From the human T2T-CHM13v2.0 reference genome, Homo sapiens: a stretch of DNA of 64,000 nt. Shown piece by piece: positions 12,365 through 28,174 of this stretch (its first letter is position 1; each line of letters begins with the position of its first letter). A program made the translations under genes and the position numbers. The notes under the pieces are model-generated. The model was not told the origin of the DNA. It worked only from the letters and a program-made list of their open reading frames with translations, and searched no databases. The DNA lies in NCBI RefSeq assembly GCF_009914755.1, contig NC_060931.1. One strand, 5' to 3'.

Positions 12365-15300
12365 TTTTAGGGTACCTGTGTGTGGCTGTCCCTAAGCCAT
12401 TACGTGTCTGCTTTCCCATGTATGACTTTGTGTGTGCAGAGCTTTCATTTTTAATCCTTCTTTGCTCCGTCTGTGAATCTCACTACCTGTTGGCTATCTC
12501 TCTACCTCTCTTCTCTCCTCTCAACTGCCTCTTTTTACTAGCTATGATATAAAACTGGACGGATCTTTAAAATAACTTTTGCACCCATTTATTTGAGTTC
12601 TATGTTCCCCTTACTAATTCAAAAAGAGAGTAGGGCATGTTATACTCCCTCAAAAGAATGATGCTTTATTGATGTGGTCCTCATTGCCCCTCTATTGTTT
12701 CAGGAGGTCTCAGGGCAAATAAGTTTCTCCACTCCTGACACCAGAGAAAGCAAAAGGAGAGATAAAAGAGGCCGGATGAGGCTTCATTTATCATGGTGCA
12801 GATCCAGTGGGAGCCACTTCCTGTCCTGCCCTTTCTTGAACTCATCCTCCCCCTCCTCTCCTCCTCTCTCTCTATGCTCCCTACCTTCCCCCACCATGAA
12901 TATTTCATCTGTCCTAGACAGCACTTTTATAGAGGATTAAAATCAGTTTCTAAACTGTTCCCAACATAACCAGCATGTCTGTTCTGATCAACCTCCTCAC
13001 ACACACACACAATCCTTTAAAAAAAAAAAAAAAAATCAGTCATTTTGATGAGTTAAGCATAGCACAGCAAAATACTCTCAAGGTTACTCAGGCATCAGCT
13101 CCTCCTCTAGCGGTAGAACCTTTTGCGGGGGTGGGGGGGTGGGGGGAGGCTTTTTCCTACATGGGCTACCCACCAAAACCTAGCCTGACAGCTTACACCT
13201 AGGAATCTACATGGCCTGCCTGGGGAGGGGACTGGGCCCTGGAGCCCAGAGCAGACCTTAGAAGAGACTGCCATTGAACACTTGACTAAAACTCACAGTA
13301 TATGGGATGATAATGTCATGGCTGTCTTCACTGCATTGAGAACTCCAGCCCTCCAGATGGGGTCCTGCAGGCTGATGAGCTCACTGACAGTCCAGGGGAT
13401 GTGGCATTGCTTGTCTCCTCAACACAAAAAGCGTAACTGCCTCTATCTCTTCTGTCAAAATAATGACCTTCTTCATCTGTTGTGGAACCAAATGCAAGTT
13501 GATAATGCCAGATAATGATTCCAAAGCAAGATAATGACTTATTTGAAATGATTTCCTTTGAAATCATCTTGTATTTCCTAGCCTAGTTATAATTTGATTA
13601 ATTGCTTAATAATTCCATTTAAATGTCTCAATTTCTGCAAACACCAATTCAACATACCTACTTTTTCTGGTTGAAAATGTCTTTGCTTCTCTAAGTATCT
13701 TCTGCTCTTTTGCCTGTTTGCACTTTTGCCTGAGCAACATTCTGATGACATAAATAGCATCCCTTCAAAAAGTTGTTGGACAGATCAAGGTGTCTCTCTG
13801 TGCTCCAGAGCATGAGCACTATAATCTGTGTCCTTGAAACAGTACCTCTGATTGGAAAGATCTAAGACCATGTCTTTAAAAAGCCAACCTCCCTGCCAGA
13901 CAAATGAAGCTGCCATTCCTGGCAGCCCTAACCCCTTCCTGCAGCGTGGGGCAAGCTGTACTTGACATAGTGAGAGGCTGCCCAAGAAATTAAAACCCAG
14001 GCCCAGACTCTGGGAGCCTGCAGCCCAGCTGGCAGCTACTGAGCTGGGGAAGTCAACTCTGGAGTGCATTTAAATATTTTTTAAATGATCTAGGTTAAAA
14101 CCCTGCTCAAAGCAGAGGTCTTCTCAGAGCACGTCAGTGTGGGACCACAGATAAACACGCACACTTCCACCTCCGTGGTGGAAGAATGCACCTCGATGGA
14201 AGCTGAGCACATTGCTGCCCTCTGTGTTTCAGGGAGCCAAGGCAGCCTGTGACTCACCCTTTCTGGAAAGTTAGGCAAGGCTCCCCAATGGACTTTGATG
14301 TGTTCCTCAACATTCTTCCTCTCTGTATTCCATCAGCTAAAAACTTCCAAGGTCGCTTTTCATTTCTCATTTGAAATGGTGTTTCTGACACCCAACTTCA
14401 TATAATCAATCGAGTCACTTCATCCAAATACTCACATCCTGAAAAGAGCCAACACAGTCTTTCAAGCCTTTGAATAAGTGAGAAGGAGCAGAAAGAAACT
14501 TAGAGGAGAGGGCCTGTACCTTCTCTTCTGAAAACTATCTCGGGCCAGTGATGAATACAAGTGACCAAAAGAGAGAAGTAAGAAGAGGGCCAGATGGGAA
14601 GCAGGAAATGGGAAGCTATCAGTCAGATAGGAGGTATTGGAGGGGAAGGAATTGGGTGTCCAGAAGGAGAGGACAAGCCATTAATCTGAGTTTCATGGAA
14701 TGCTACATGTTTTTAAATAAGATCTGTCTCAATAGGCCCATCTACATGAGCAAATGCACCACTGGGAGGTGGAAAGAGTGGGATTCAAATTGAGGAAAAG
14801 TGAGGAACTAACTGGGCCCTGGTGCTGACCAACCAGGGACTCAGAGCATGGTCAGCAAAGGCAGACTCAAGCCCAGGTCATCCACAGGGCATTTTGCTTG
14901 CAGGTACCTTTTAGACTAAGTGTCCCATCCTTCCCTGTTTGACCACAATATCCTGCCAAGTGAGGGCAAAGCTAATGAAATGGTTCTGGGAAAGAATGGG
15001 GGAGAGAAGTTCACCCGCCTGCATGACTTGATCAACCAGTTGGTATTTACACCACCACCCAAATCCCCATCCATGCACTGGCACCTTTCAGCAGTTCTCT
15101 GTGAGGCACCAGATGGAGGCAATTGAGAAAATGCAAGACAACAGCATGGCAGGGCAATACCTGAGGATGTGTACATAGCCTTGAAGCGTCCAGCGTGAAC
15201 CAGGCTTTGGAGTTCTAATTGATCTGTGTGTGTACAATTGATTTTTACTTATCTTTCTTTTAAAGTTACTCTGAATTGCTTTAGGATAATCCAGAATGTG

Positions 15301-15580
15301 AAATGATGTCCTCAAAGAATTTTAACGACACTTGGAACTATTGCTCTATCCATGTGTTTTTAACTTTTGTCTTTTTCCCTTGATTATTTTTCTTATTGAG
15401 CATCTAAAATTCTCTCTAAGTCCTTGACTTTCACTTCTTTTTCCTCTCCTTTGGGTGGTATTGCCTGAGGAAACCAAAGATAAAATAAAAACAACAATGA
15501 TGTCTAACTCTTAGATAATGCTTGGTATTGACTAGGAATATTCTTTCCTTGTAGAATAATAGAGATATTCTAAGTATTTC

Positions 15581-15876
<296 letters not shown>

Positions 15877-15889
15877 TCTAAGTATTTCC

Positions 15890-16055
15890 CATGTGGTCAT
15901 TCATTCCATCCGCACCAAAACATGGTGAGGTAAGTGCTACTATTGGCCCGTTTTACGTTAGGAAACCACAGCACGGGAAGGTAAGACACTTGCCCAGGTC
16001 CTACAGCCAGCAAGTAGCAGGACTAAAGTATGAACCAGGCAGTCTGGCTCTCAGG
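15890..16055 (-). mobile_element. MIR
   Basis: gaggtaagtgctactatt...cgttttac...ggaaac...cttgcccaggtc...cagc...gaaccaggcagtctggctc. Confidence 0.7.
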
Positions 16056-18330
16056 ACTGTGATTTTCCTCAAGTATGTGCAGAGAATCACCAAGTATGTC
16101 TCTGCACACCGTCAATGGAATAGCCAGGAATGACGTTGTCAGTTTTAATCTTTAAAAAATGAAGTGTGAGCTCTTATTTTACCTTTAACCGTTCTGTTTT
16201 TTCCTCCCACACTCTCAGATGATGGAAATGCTTAAGGCAAACTAAGGTAGTGTGAGACCACACCATGTAAGTGTGAGCATGGCTTTGTGGGTTCAGCTCT
16301 GTTTTGTGCGCTTCTGCCTTCTGTTCCCGCATGTTTTCTCCGCTGTTTTCTGATTCCCGCTTTCAGCGCTTAGCACTTGAGCCGCATGAAACTGCCGCTT
16401 TCAAGCCATAAATCTTCTGTCTTTGTTCCTGATTTTATATTTTTACTTCTCTCTCCCACAATCCCTGGCACTTGCAGCTGTCAGCCTGGCACCTCCCTGG
16501 GAAGGAGCTGGGGAGTCCTGGGGGATGTGTTTGGTTATTGTTCTCTGACAATGAGCACTTGGATGATCAGCTTTTAGGATTCTAGGCATGTGTCCACACT
16601 CTCACTGCAACATACTACTACAGTGTGAACCACGCATGTGGGCATCTCTGTACAAACCTTGTCCTTTGCTATGCAGTGTTCTCTGGGGCCACCACCCTTT
16701 GGTGGATTACGGCTGTGGGCGTCTCCATAGAGTGAATGCTAAGTGAAAGCAAACACCATTGTGCCAAGTAACAGGGCTAAAATGAGCCACGGAGAAAAGA
16801 GGCCATCTTCTCATGTATTATTTTCCTGTGTACACATATGTATGCGATGGAAACACGTATATATGTGGAACAAAACTGTGACTACGAAGGAAAAAGAATA
16901 ATGGGTTCCAAGCCAGATATGGACTCTAGTGGCCCTTCATTGTACTGTTCACACATACACACACATGGGCACACACACAATTCCTTCTGGTGTTCCTTGA
17001 TTTTCCATTACCTATATATCCAAACTGAGTGATTTCAATATGTGATAAACTGGATTTACAGAATAAATTGGGAAGGAGGGATTTGTCCCTAACAGCGTAC
17101 CTGGAACATTTAAAATATGATCCTGACTGTGATTGCAGGGTTGGAACTGCCTCTTGTTCTCAATTTCACTGAAGTTTCTGTTGTGTGTTGAATGTGAGTT
17201 TGCAGGAAACTTCCCAAGTTAGTTGGAAGAGATGACAAGAATGTAAAATTAGAGGGGCTCTCATGAGATATGACTGAGCACTGCCCACACCCCTGCAGTG
17301 TTGAGACCCAACCCATCGTTTAGAAACAGAATTCTAGAGCTGATGAGTCCTTAGAGATGATAGAGCCTTGACTCCAGATCCCTTAATTCATAGAAAATGG
17401 CCAAGGTTTCAAGAGAGAAAGTAACTTGCCCAAGATGGTGGCAGAGCCTGGATTAAAACTTTATCCTCCTCTTCCCATCAAAGCATCTTTTTGTGTTATG
17501 TCCCAGTTCCTTTCTCTCTGGAAGAGAATCTCTTGCACACTACCAGGAGAGCCTTTTAAAAGTGAAGGAGGCTACATCCCGAAAAGGACCCCAGGTCCCT
17601 GTCCTGGCTCTGCTATGAAGTATCTGGATGAGCTTGAGAAAGTTGCTCTGCCTCTCTTGGGCTCCTCATCTGTAAAATGAGTTTGAAAGCAGCTGATTTC
17701 AAAAGTACATGATGCTAAGTTTGCTGAGTAACCTCAGGCTGTTTTTCATGCAGTTTCCTCTCAGCAATATTCATTTTCCACTGTAGGATTATGAAAAAAG
17801 TTATAGTCAGGCTTTGCAAATGGGGACAGCCTCCAGGAGCAAGGGCCTTGTGAATTTCTGTAACTAACTGAAGAAGAACAAGGGCAGGAAGAAGAAAGTG
17901 CAGATGAGGAGCACACAGCCTGTGCCCTTTACACAGACCTATCAAACTCAGATAGATGTGGCAAGCTCCGGTTTGGTCATCTCAAATCTGCCAATTTCAG
18001 TAGTTTGGGGTTATCCAGCTGGTATGTACTTCTCTTCTTCCTGAGATATCACTGATCAGGGCTCTGGAACTTGAGCAGACCCAACAGGTGAACAAGGTTA
18101 CATTCTCTCCTTTTCAGTGTATTGCTGACCAAGTTAACAAGGCCAGGGAAGTCTCTGAGGCAGTCAGAGAATAATTCAAAAGCCAATAAGGCAAGAATAG
18201 AAACCCACATATGCCAGCTTTCAGCAGAGTTTTGAGATACATCCTTCCTTTACATAAAATTATGGAATTATAGTTATTAACCAAATATGCAATGTCGTTT
18301 TTTTAACAGAGCTTTCTCTTTCCATGGTAA

Positions 18331-18649
<319 letters not shown>

Positions 18650-19720
18650 TGATGAATCTTTTTTAGAGAGCAAAAAATCATCACTTGATTTAACATTTTG
18701 GTCCATTTGGGTTTTCAGATATCAAGTTTAGCCGAATACACAACTTTTTCCAAAATAACACATCTAGTCTGCAGCAGCCTTCCCTGAATCTGACACTGAT
18801 TCGAAATCTGGTGGGAGGAGCAGGACAGGATATGGTAGAATAGGGAAAATCACAGAAGTGGATCATTTCTTGTGTACTTCTTATGTTCTAATGCGCTGGA
18901 CAAATAGCACCACAAAGAGCTATGGCCTCAGAAAGTATTACCAGGATAGAATTTCAGCTCCAGAATTTTGGCAGAGAAGGGAATGAGAGGCAGCTCATCT
19001 GGCTGGAAGGGTTGTACAAGAGGACTCTTGATGCCGCCTCTGCATGGCACTTCACATGAGATTGAAAGATGACAATCCACCATGTCATTTGAGGGAAGCA
19101 GCTGTTGGAGATAATGGAAGGGGACTATAGGCCCTTCTTGGCAACTATCACTGCCCTGGTGTTACCATTCCTTCTCCTGTGACAACGGTAGCACTGTTTG
19201 TTTGAAGAGGAAAATGGCATTCTTGGGCAGCCACACAAGACTAGTTGGTCTTCCCGCTGATGATGATGGGCAGGCAGGCAAGAGTCACGAGCTCTTTGCC
19301 TTAGTTCTCCCTTTGCTGGAGAGCCCCCAAAAAACAGCCAGCTTGGAGTTGGGGGTGGGTTTCAGGCTTCTTGCAGGTCCTTCTTTGCCCCTTCCTAGGA
19401 TAATCATTGTCCTGCTGAGCCCTCTAGTGACCAAATTGGAAACTGCAGGTGTCTGAGGAAAGGGAGGGAGGGAGAGGAAGGGAAAAGGAGAAGGGAAAGG
19501 AGGAGGAAAGGAGTCCTATGGGCTGCCCCTGAGCCACAGCAAAGCACCCCACTGTCTGTGCAAGCCTCAGCCTGAAATACTTTCTAAATATTTCAGAAGA
19601 AGGGGCACATCTATGGCCTGAGATCCTAAAATATCAGCCTGGAGGCCTGGTGGCATATCAGCATGCGAATATGCCAAGCTGGCTTCCTAGTTAGCCATGG
19701 TGATGATGAGAACTCTGCCT

Positions 19721-20066
19721 TTTTTTGTTTTTTTGGTTTTTTTTTTGTTGTTGTTGTTGTTGTTGTAGACAAAATCTCACTCTGTCACCCGGTTTGTCAG
19801 ATTGCCAGGCTGGAGTGCAGTGGCGTGATCTCAACTCACTGCAACTTCCACCTCTGGAGTCAAGCAATCCTCCCACCTCAGCCTCCCACCCAAGTAGCTG
19901 GGACTACAGGCATGTGCTACCACACCCGGCTAATTTTTGTACTTTTAGTAGAGTTGGGGTTTCACTGTGTTGCCCAGGCTGGTCTTGAACTCCTGGGCTC
20001 AAGCCATCCACCCACTTCGGCCTCCGGAAGTTCTGGGATTACAGGTGTGAGCCACTGTGCCCAGCC
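19721..20066 (-). mobile_element. AluJ with (TTG)n tail
   Basis: J-type ctcctgggctcaagccatcc and TSD aactctgcctt (19711 / 20067). Confidence 0.9.
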
Positions 20067-20753
20067 AACTCTGCCTTCTTTTCTGCTTCTAGTTACTCCA
20101 GCTTAGTTCTGAGAACTACTAGAAGCTCTAGATTTGGCCAGGCCTTCATGTCTTGCCATAGAGGAAACCCCAAAACTAACTGAGCTCCCGAGAGTCTGAA
20201 GAACCAGCCAACAGAGCCTAGCCATCTGACAGAGACACACATTAATTTGCTCCCTCAGGGCCCTGCACAGACCAGCCTGGCTCCTGGGGGCTGGGTGGCC
20301 CTGCACTGTGTGGGGGCCAAGGCCCTTGGCCCACTTAAGGTTCACTGAAAAGTCAGTGACATGCGGCAGATTAATTAATAAGAGAAAAGGCATATAAATT
20401 TATTTAACATGTATACCTGGGAGCCTTCAGAATGAAGATCCAAAGATTCAGGAGAAATTGCCCATTTTTATGCAGAGGTTCAACAAAGTAGGGACAGCCA
20501 TATAGAAATGTGATTGGACAAAAAGGTTAGGATCTACTGCTAATAGACTGAGTGGGGAAACCCAGCAGGGCCTCTCTGTCTAGATTCTTCTTGGCCTCTC
20601 TGAGCCAGCATTCCTTCCTTCTGGATGTGGGGCAGGACTCTCCCTGGAATGGGGGCCTTATGGCCCATAGTCAAACAAGGTGGATCAGAAAATTCCTTTA
20701 TGGCCAGTTTTTATACAGATAGAGCAGAGGGAAAGTTAGAGTAATATATTTAG

Positions 20754-21280
<527 letters not shown>

Positions 21281-21464
21281 TCATTTTGGGTGTTGTTTTC
21301 TGAGCCCCAACAACTGCTTCCCCAGACATCCACCTCCTAGACAGACAGAAAACAAGCCCAGCACCACCACTACCTCCAACACCCTGATGCAGAGGGCTTC
21401 CCCAGGACAGGAAGTAGGTTACACCTGACTGACATGAAACTAAATTGTTTTAATTGTTCCAAAC

Positions 21465-21843
21465 TAGTGGTTCTCAAAATGTAGTCTCCAGACCAGCAGC
21501 ATTGCCCAGAAACTTATTAGAAACGCAAGTTTTCAAACCCCAGACCTGCTAAATCAGAAACTGTGGAGGTGAGCCCCAGGAATCTGTATTCCATAAGCCC
21601 TCTGGGTGATTCTGAGATACCCCCCCACCCCCGCCAAGGTTTGAGAGCCACTGCTCCAAACACTGATTCTCAAATGACTATAGATAGAAGAGTAAAACTC
21701 TCAGTATTTAAAATGTAGGTTCTGACCCCTCACCCACAGAGATTTAGAAGTTCTGCAGTGGCGTGCATAAATCTGCTTTTTGACCATCATTCCAGGTACT
21801 TCTGATGTGGGAGACCCACAGGCCACCACTTTGACAGATTCTG
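21465..21843. mobile_element. Tandem MER5A and MER5B-like hAT MITEs
   Basis: agtggttctcaaa...ccagcagcatt...aatcagaaact...gtttgagagccactg with 8-bp TSD ttccaaac / ctccaaac, followed by a second MER5-like unit. Confidence 0.75.
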
Positions 21844-23430
21844 CTCTAGAAGGAATAGCACCACCTTTGCTAGTAATTTTACCTTCTCTTAGAGATAAAT
21901 ATTGTTCTCATGTCTTGCCAGTCATGAAAGAGATCTCAGCAAGTATATCATAGTGTTCCAAGTCTTCAGATGGGATTGTAATGTTTACTTTGACACATTA
22001 GTTTTTGCTCCCCTTGTAAGGAACATCTCAGTAGTATCTGCATCATAACTCAAAAAAGAAATATTTCTCTGGAAAGAAATATGAATTAGTGAGAGAAAAG
22101 AAAGAACAGGAAGCCTGTGGCTGGGTGTTTTCTGAGCATGGGGATACATCTTGGGAGTCTGAGTCTCTGGGCTGGTTGGCTGGGCTCAACCAAGAAGCCA
22201 TGAGGTATCTCTAGGCTGTGAGTCCATCAGAGAGCAAGTTGCCCCTTCCTTCTTGGAGAGTTGGAGATTTAGTGATGCTTTCCCAATAGGACTCAAGAGG
22301 ATAGCTGATTATGAAACTGCTAGGGAAAAAAATGGCTTTCAAAATCTGAGGTTATGAGTATACTTGGCTTATACGGCCAACGCATTGGTCACCCTGGAAA
22401 AATTAAGTTCATATTTGTGAAGATTGTTGTGAATATAAAGTCCCAACTCTCCTCAACACAGCTCTGGGCCTACTGGGAGCTCCAGAAGAGATTCTTCTTC
22501 TGTATCACTTATCTCCCCTATCTAATCCTTCATGGGGTACTGATTTCTTTGGATGTACCCCAAGAGAACTAAAGATACAGAGTCACATTTTCAAGAATTT
22601 GACAAGAGCAAAGTAAGAGACTTGGCGCTGAAGCTCCTTGTCACCCGTGACCTAAGATCCACATTGCCCAGGCACCAGCACTGCAAAGATACCATCTGCT
22701 TGGGCCGTAGCTTTCTCAGGCTCAAGCCTCTATTTTCAAACCACGTGGGCAGAGCAGGAGAAAAGCTGGGTCCTTCCATCATTCCTTCCTCCTCCCTTCT
22801 GTCTCCTTTCCTTATCCATTTACCCACATTCCTTTTCCCACCTTTTCCATGCTTCTGTTACTTCCACCAACTTTTTTCCCTCTCCCTCTCATTTTTCTTA
22901 GGCTGCCCACATCCTGGAAAGCAGATACCCCCCAACCCTCACACACACCCCAAAGAGCTCAAAGAGCCTCACCAGCATTAACTGCTGAAGCCATGTGCAT
23001 CCTACCAGTCAGGGAATGCCACCTTAATTAACTGTAAGACATAATTAAAAGGCAGATCTCCCCTCTCTCAGACACAGAGAGAGAAGGGAAACAAGAAAGG
23101 GCAGAGCAGCAAAGGAAAATCCAAAGAGAAGCCACAAATGATTTGAATTTTAAACTTACTCAGTGTCCAGAAATGTGCAGCCTGCTGCCCCCAGCAGTGG
23201 GGATCAGGACACTAGGCAGGAAAGGGAGGTGGAGGAGGAGGGCCATGCTGAAAGTAGGGCAGTAGTAAAGAGAAGAGAAGGCTTTTGTCCAGAGAGCAAA
23301 GCCAGTCTTCACAGAGCTGTCCTGGTTGGTTAGGAAGAATCCTGTTTGGGAGTTGGGAATAGGCCAGGCTGGCCATGCTGGCAGGAAGCTCTGACTTTTA
23401 TCTCACTTACCTGTCCTTTGCTCCTGCCCC

Positions 23431-24622
23431 CAGGGCCAGCTCCATGTTCTTTGCTCCTACACAAGGGCCACATGACCAGTGCAGTCCCACAGGGACCCAA
23501 GCTCACAAGGGCTCCCATGCTTTTGGTTTAAAGCTCTGCAGCCCCAGTCTTGACATTGTTAATAGTCGTATCTTTGAATGTGTGTTTTGTAAGTGAACTC
23601 TGATGGGACAGTGAGCTACTGGAGCATGGGGCATGGGGGCATGGAGACTGTTCATGGGGCCAGCTTCCTGCTGCCTCCTCCTCCCTCCACCCTCTTCCCA
23701 GTCCCACCCCCACCTTCCGGCAGATGGGTTCTCAGCCCACTCTCTTGAACCCTGAAACCCTGAGCCCTGACCAGCCTGCTTTCCCTGTGCCTGCCCAGTA
23801 ACCACTGCCACCGTCTGCCCGAGGCAGGAGTTTGGGCACAGAGGGGAGGATCATAGTTGAACGTACCCATCCTGAAGCATCTCGGGGCAGGGCATAGCAG
23901 TGTCTGTCCCTGCCCAGGACTGGCAGTGCTGCAGTGTGTCTGGTGGACAGTGGACAGAGTCCAGAGCTCAACGAGGAGCAAGCCTATTGCCCACCTCGAT
24001 CCAGTTACCTAGTAGAGATGTTAGAATACCCTTGGGGTCATTTGTCTGCCCTGGGTTGGGAATACCACCAGTGAGAAGGGGAGGTTCCTCGAGTCAGGGG
24101 ACAATGAGTTGGGCCAGCAGCTGGTGGGAGAGAGAATCTAAAAAGCCATCAGTCCTGAGTGACAGGCTGTGAGGATCCTAAGTACCCCCATGCCAGAGGG
24201 AGTGCTTTCAGCCAGTTCACTTGAGCCTACTCTGTGCCTGGGGGATCTTTCTCTCCCTCCTTCCAACCTTCTGGAATATGTCTGTTTTTGCCTTTTCTGG
24301 CCAGCACACAGCACCTTCCAGGGACACAAATGCAGACTGCGTGACTTCAGTGATTGTACAGATGAGTTAAATGCTCTGACATTTGCATTTAAACTGGCAT
24401 TGCATGAAATAAAAATGAATGGTAAATTAGTGCTAATTTGATTTATTTTTATTTACTTAGAATGACATTTAAAAGTATATATTCAAAATCCCACAACAAG
24501 ATGAGAGGGACCACAGGAAAAAGGGAAAATGTTTGTATTTTAGTACCTTTAGTGGCACTTTTTCCTGCTTTTTGAACAATTTTCATTTAACACTGGATCT
24601 GCAAATTATGTAGCTGGTCCTA
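23431..24622 (+). mobile_element. MER45 (B/C-like) hAT-Tip100 element
   Basis: 5' end cagggccagctccatg...gtgcagtcccacaggg...ttggtttaa.gctctgc and 3' end ttttcattt...ctgcaaattatgtagctggtcct. Confidence 0.75.
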
Positions 24623-24829
24623 TCTGCAGCCTAGTTCCACCTTGACTTGGAGATAATCATCTTTGCCTCTATACAATGTTAGAGGTGAAATTCTAATCCT
24701 GTAGGGGGAAAACAGTTCCCAATTTCTGACTGTAGGTAATTTCAATCTGATTATCTGTTTACCCACCAGAGAAAAAAAGGAAGAAACTTAAAAGTAAAAA
24801 GCAAAGAGGTGCTTGCATTTAGACAAGCA

Positions 24830-25356
24830 TCACAGGGGAGGAAAAACAATTCTCCTTTTACCCTTTTGAGTTCTTAGCTAGGATGAACCCCTGTAATAAA
24901 AGACAGGTTAACAAGATAAAAACAAACAGAAGTATAAGAACATAACTTCACGTATACATAGGAGATACCCAGAGACATGAGCAAATTTCAAAGAGGTGGC
25001 TTTAAGTTCAGGCTTAAATACCATCTTCAGCTGAAACAAAGAAAGGAGGGTATTGCAAGGGCCAGTTAGAGGGAGGTGACCAGGAAAAGCATGGTAAACA
25101 AGTGGAAGGTTTGTTATCCATATTTGAGTGCATTCTTCATTGATAAGTCTGACTTAGAGTCATCCTTCTTTACTCAATACAGAAGTTCACCCTCATGAAT
25201 GGAGATTTCCTTTCTGGATGTGAATTTCCCTTACAAAAGGGAACTCCTACCCTGTCTTCAGAGCTTCTCCTGTGTCTGCAGTTTCTCAAAATAATCAGCT
25301 CAAAATTATCCTTATACTGAAGAAATGTATTTCAGGATGGCATACTCTAGCTGGTA
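24830..25356 (-). mobile_element. MER34-family LTR
   Basis: taaaagacaggttaacaag...ggcttaaataccatcttcagc...ctcaaaataatcagctcaaaattatccttat...ggatggcatactct. Confidence 0.65.
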
Positions 25357-26368
25357 ACTTCCTATATGCACAGGGCAATATGAGATCTATTCATTAATTA
25401 TGAGAGACTCTCTTCAACAATGTATCTTCTTATACTCAACACAGATTGTCCATACTTCCAGCATATTACAAATGATTTAGGTCATTTATCACCTTCCGGT
25501 CTGAAGTCTAGCACCTCAAATGACAATTAATAAGCTTGTAATTTCTCATAGCTTCAGTATGAAAAAAAGGGAATAAAGCAAAATTAAGAAAATATCACTT
25601 CTGTAGCACCATTTGTCTAAGTAAAATGTGCAGGGCTACATTTTAAATGATATTTTTTAAAGAGAGAGTACAGCACCTTGGCCCTTCCTCCCAGGTCAAA
25701 AAAAAACTATATATAAAGTGAGGCCTGCAATGGCGTATAATTTCTCATAATTACTCTCCATTGACTATTAACGTATCCACCCAAACACACCTTTCTCTGC
25801 ACTTTTGTGAACCTCAGTAAGCTCTTTAGTCTGGCGTGGGAAGCTTAATGTATTTCCTGTGAAATTGTACCATTCTCCTTGATCAGCTTATCCCAGGTTT
25901 GCAAATTGAAAAAACTTCATTCCTGGCATCAGCAGCCTGTTAAATTGGTTCTCATTAATAATTGAATCTTAAGACCGTTTCAAGACATTTATGAGAACAG
26001 ATTAGTGAGGAGGGGAGAGCGATACCGTGAGACACCGTGTCATGATGGAACAGACCAATGACCTCACCTGGAGGTTAAGTGTGGAGCCCAGACTGGGGGA
26101 GCTTAAATCCTTAGAGAAATCCATTATCAAAATACACAGGACATCACCCCTGCAGACTGATGGGCCTACCTACCATTTATTTTCCAGTGATATACTTTTA
26201 ATGCTGATCAAGATGCATTCTTTTTGGACTTGGAGTGTGACTGCAAGTCACATTCTTATGTTTCACATTAAGCTCTCTTGGATTTTGAATTATGTATAAT
26301 GGTGTTGCAGAATATTTCTTCCTTTCATCCAGAGGAGAAAATACAATCCTCCTGAAATGTCAGACTAG

Positions 26369-26734
<366 letters not shown>

Positions 26735-27075
26735 AATTAACTCCAGATCTTTATAGCAAATCCTTTAAGCGTGTCCATGCTTGCACAACACCAAAACTTG
26801 CCTGGCCCAGAATCTCCCAACCCCATCTATGACTGAAGATAAATTCAGTCCTGTTATTCTTTAACCCATGTGAGAAAAAGAAGGAAAACTAATAGTAAAA
26901 GAATAAAGAGATTCCTGCATTTAGATGAGCATCTGTCACATTCTTCAGTAACCCCGGGAGTTTCTCAAAGGAGGCCTGTCAGCTGCCTCAAAGTATAATA
27001 TCAGAACCATCTGGGGGATTGGTTTAGAATGCCAATGCCTGCACTCTGCCCAGATCTCCTGATTCTGTCCCAGGA

Positions 27076-27077
<2 letters not shown>

Positions 27078-27106
<29 letters not shown>

Positions 27107-27382
27107 ACAGAGTCTTGCTCTGTCACACAGGCTGGAGAGCAGTGGCGCCATCTTGGCTCACCACAACCTCTGCCTCCGGATTCAAGCAATTCTCCTGCCT
27201 CAGCCTCCCGAGTAGCCGGGATTACAGGCACCCGCCACCACACCCAGCTAATTTTTGTATTTTTAGTAGAAACAGCGTTTCACCATGTTGGTCAGGCTGG
27301 TCTCAAACTCCTGACCTCGTGATCCACCTGCCTCAGCCTCCCAAAGTGCTGGGATTACAGGCACGAGCCACTGAGCCCGGCC
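27078..27382 (-). mobile_element. AluSg-like inserted in a MER5-like element (~26950-27443)
   Basis: cctgacctcgtgatcc (2-bp deletion type) and a long T-tail. Flanks tttctcaaag...tttgagaaccac. Confidence 0.9.
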
Positions 27383-28110
27383 AACTCTAGAATATTTTAG
27401 TTAACCAGGAGGCTCTTATGTGGTGCAATTTGAGAACCACCAACCTCTAGACACTTTCACTAATTTCAGTGTATTATTAAATCTAAGGATCCAAAAATTA
27501 TATTGTACACATGAGAATCTTTAAATCACTTGCTTAGTAGAATGAAATTGTATGTTTTTTAATTGCCAGAAATTGAAAGCAAATTTCTTTCAACATTCCC
27601 CTTTTCAGTAAGCATGTATTGTGACCTGGGTACTGTGTATTATAGTAAGGTGTATTATGACCTGGATACTGTGCTAGGTTCTGTACATTAACTGATCTTC
27701 AGAGCTTCTTTATGAGCATTGATACCCTGCATGTTCAGTATACATCAGAAAATCTCAGGCTGCAAGAATAGGATGAAAAGTGAGTATTTGAGAGGCTTAG
27801 CAAAAAAGGTAATAATAACAGCTAACAGAATCCCAATTTCCTTGCATTTTTGTGATTGTGCTGTATGCCAGGGTCTTTGCCTATATTATCTCATTTCACC
27901 CGCGTGATAACTTATGAAGTAGGTACAGGCAGATTGTTCCCATTTCATAGACGTTCATTGTACACATGAGGACACCATGGCTCAGTGAGCCTATTTGACT
28001 AGTAGGCGATGCAGCAAGGACGCACTGCCAGCAATCTGCCTCTGGAACGAAGGCTTTTTATTCACTGCTACCACGGCAGTTTTCCTTTCCATAATAAGGC
28101 GGGGCCAGGA

Positions 28111-28174
28111 AATGATGCTACCAAATGCAAATATAATATCACAATGATGCCACCAAATGCAAATATAATATCAT
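28111..28174 (+). repeat. 32-bp tandem duplication
   Basis: aatgatgctaccaaatgcaaatataatatcac / aatgatgccaccaaatgcaaatataatatcat. Confidence 0.92.

Noticed and set aside
19663-20106. 147-aa ORF and many similar 60-115-aa ORFs (LECSG, PASAS, GLELLTS motifs)
   Set aside because: These are standard Alu translation artefacts.
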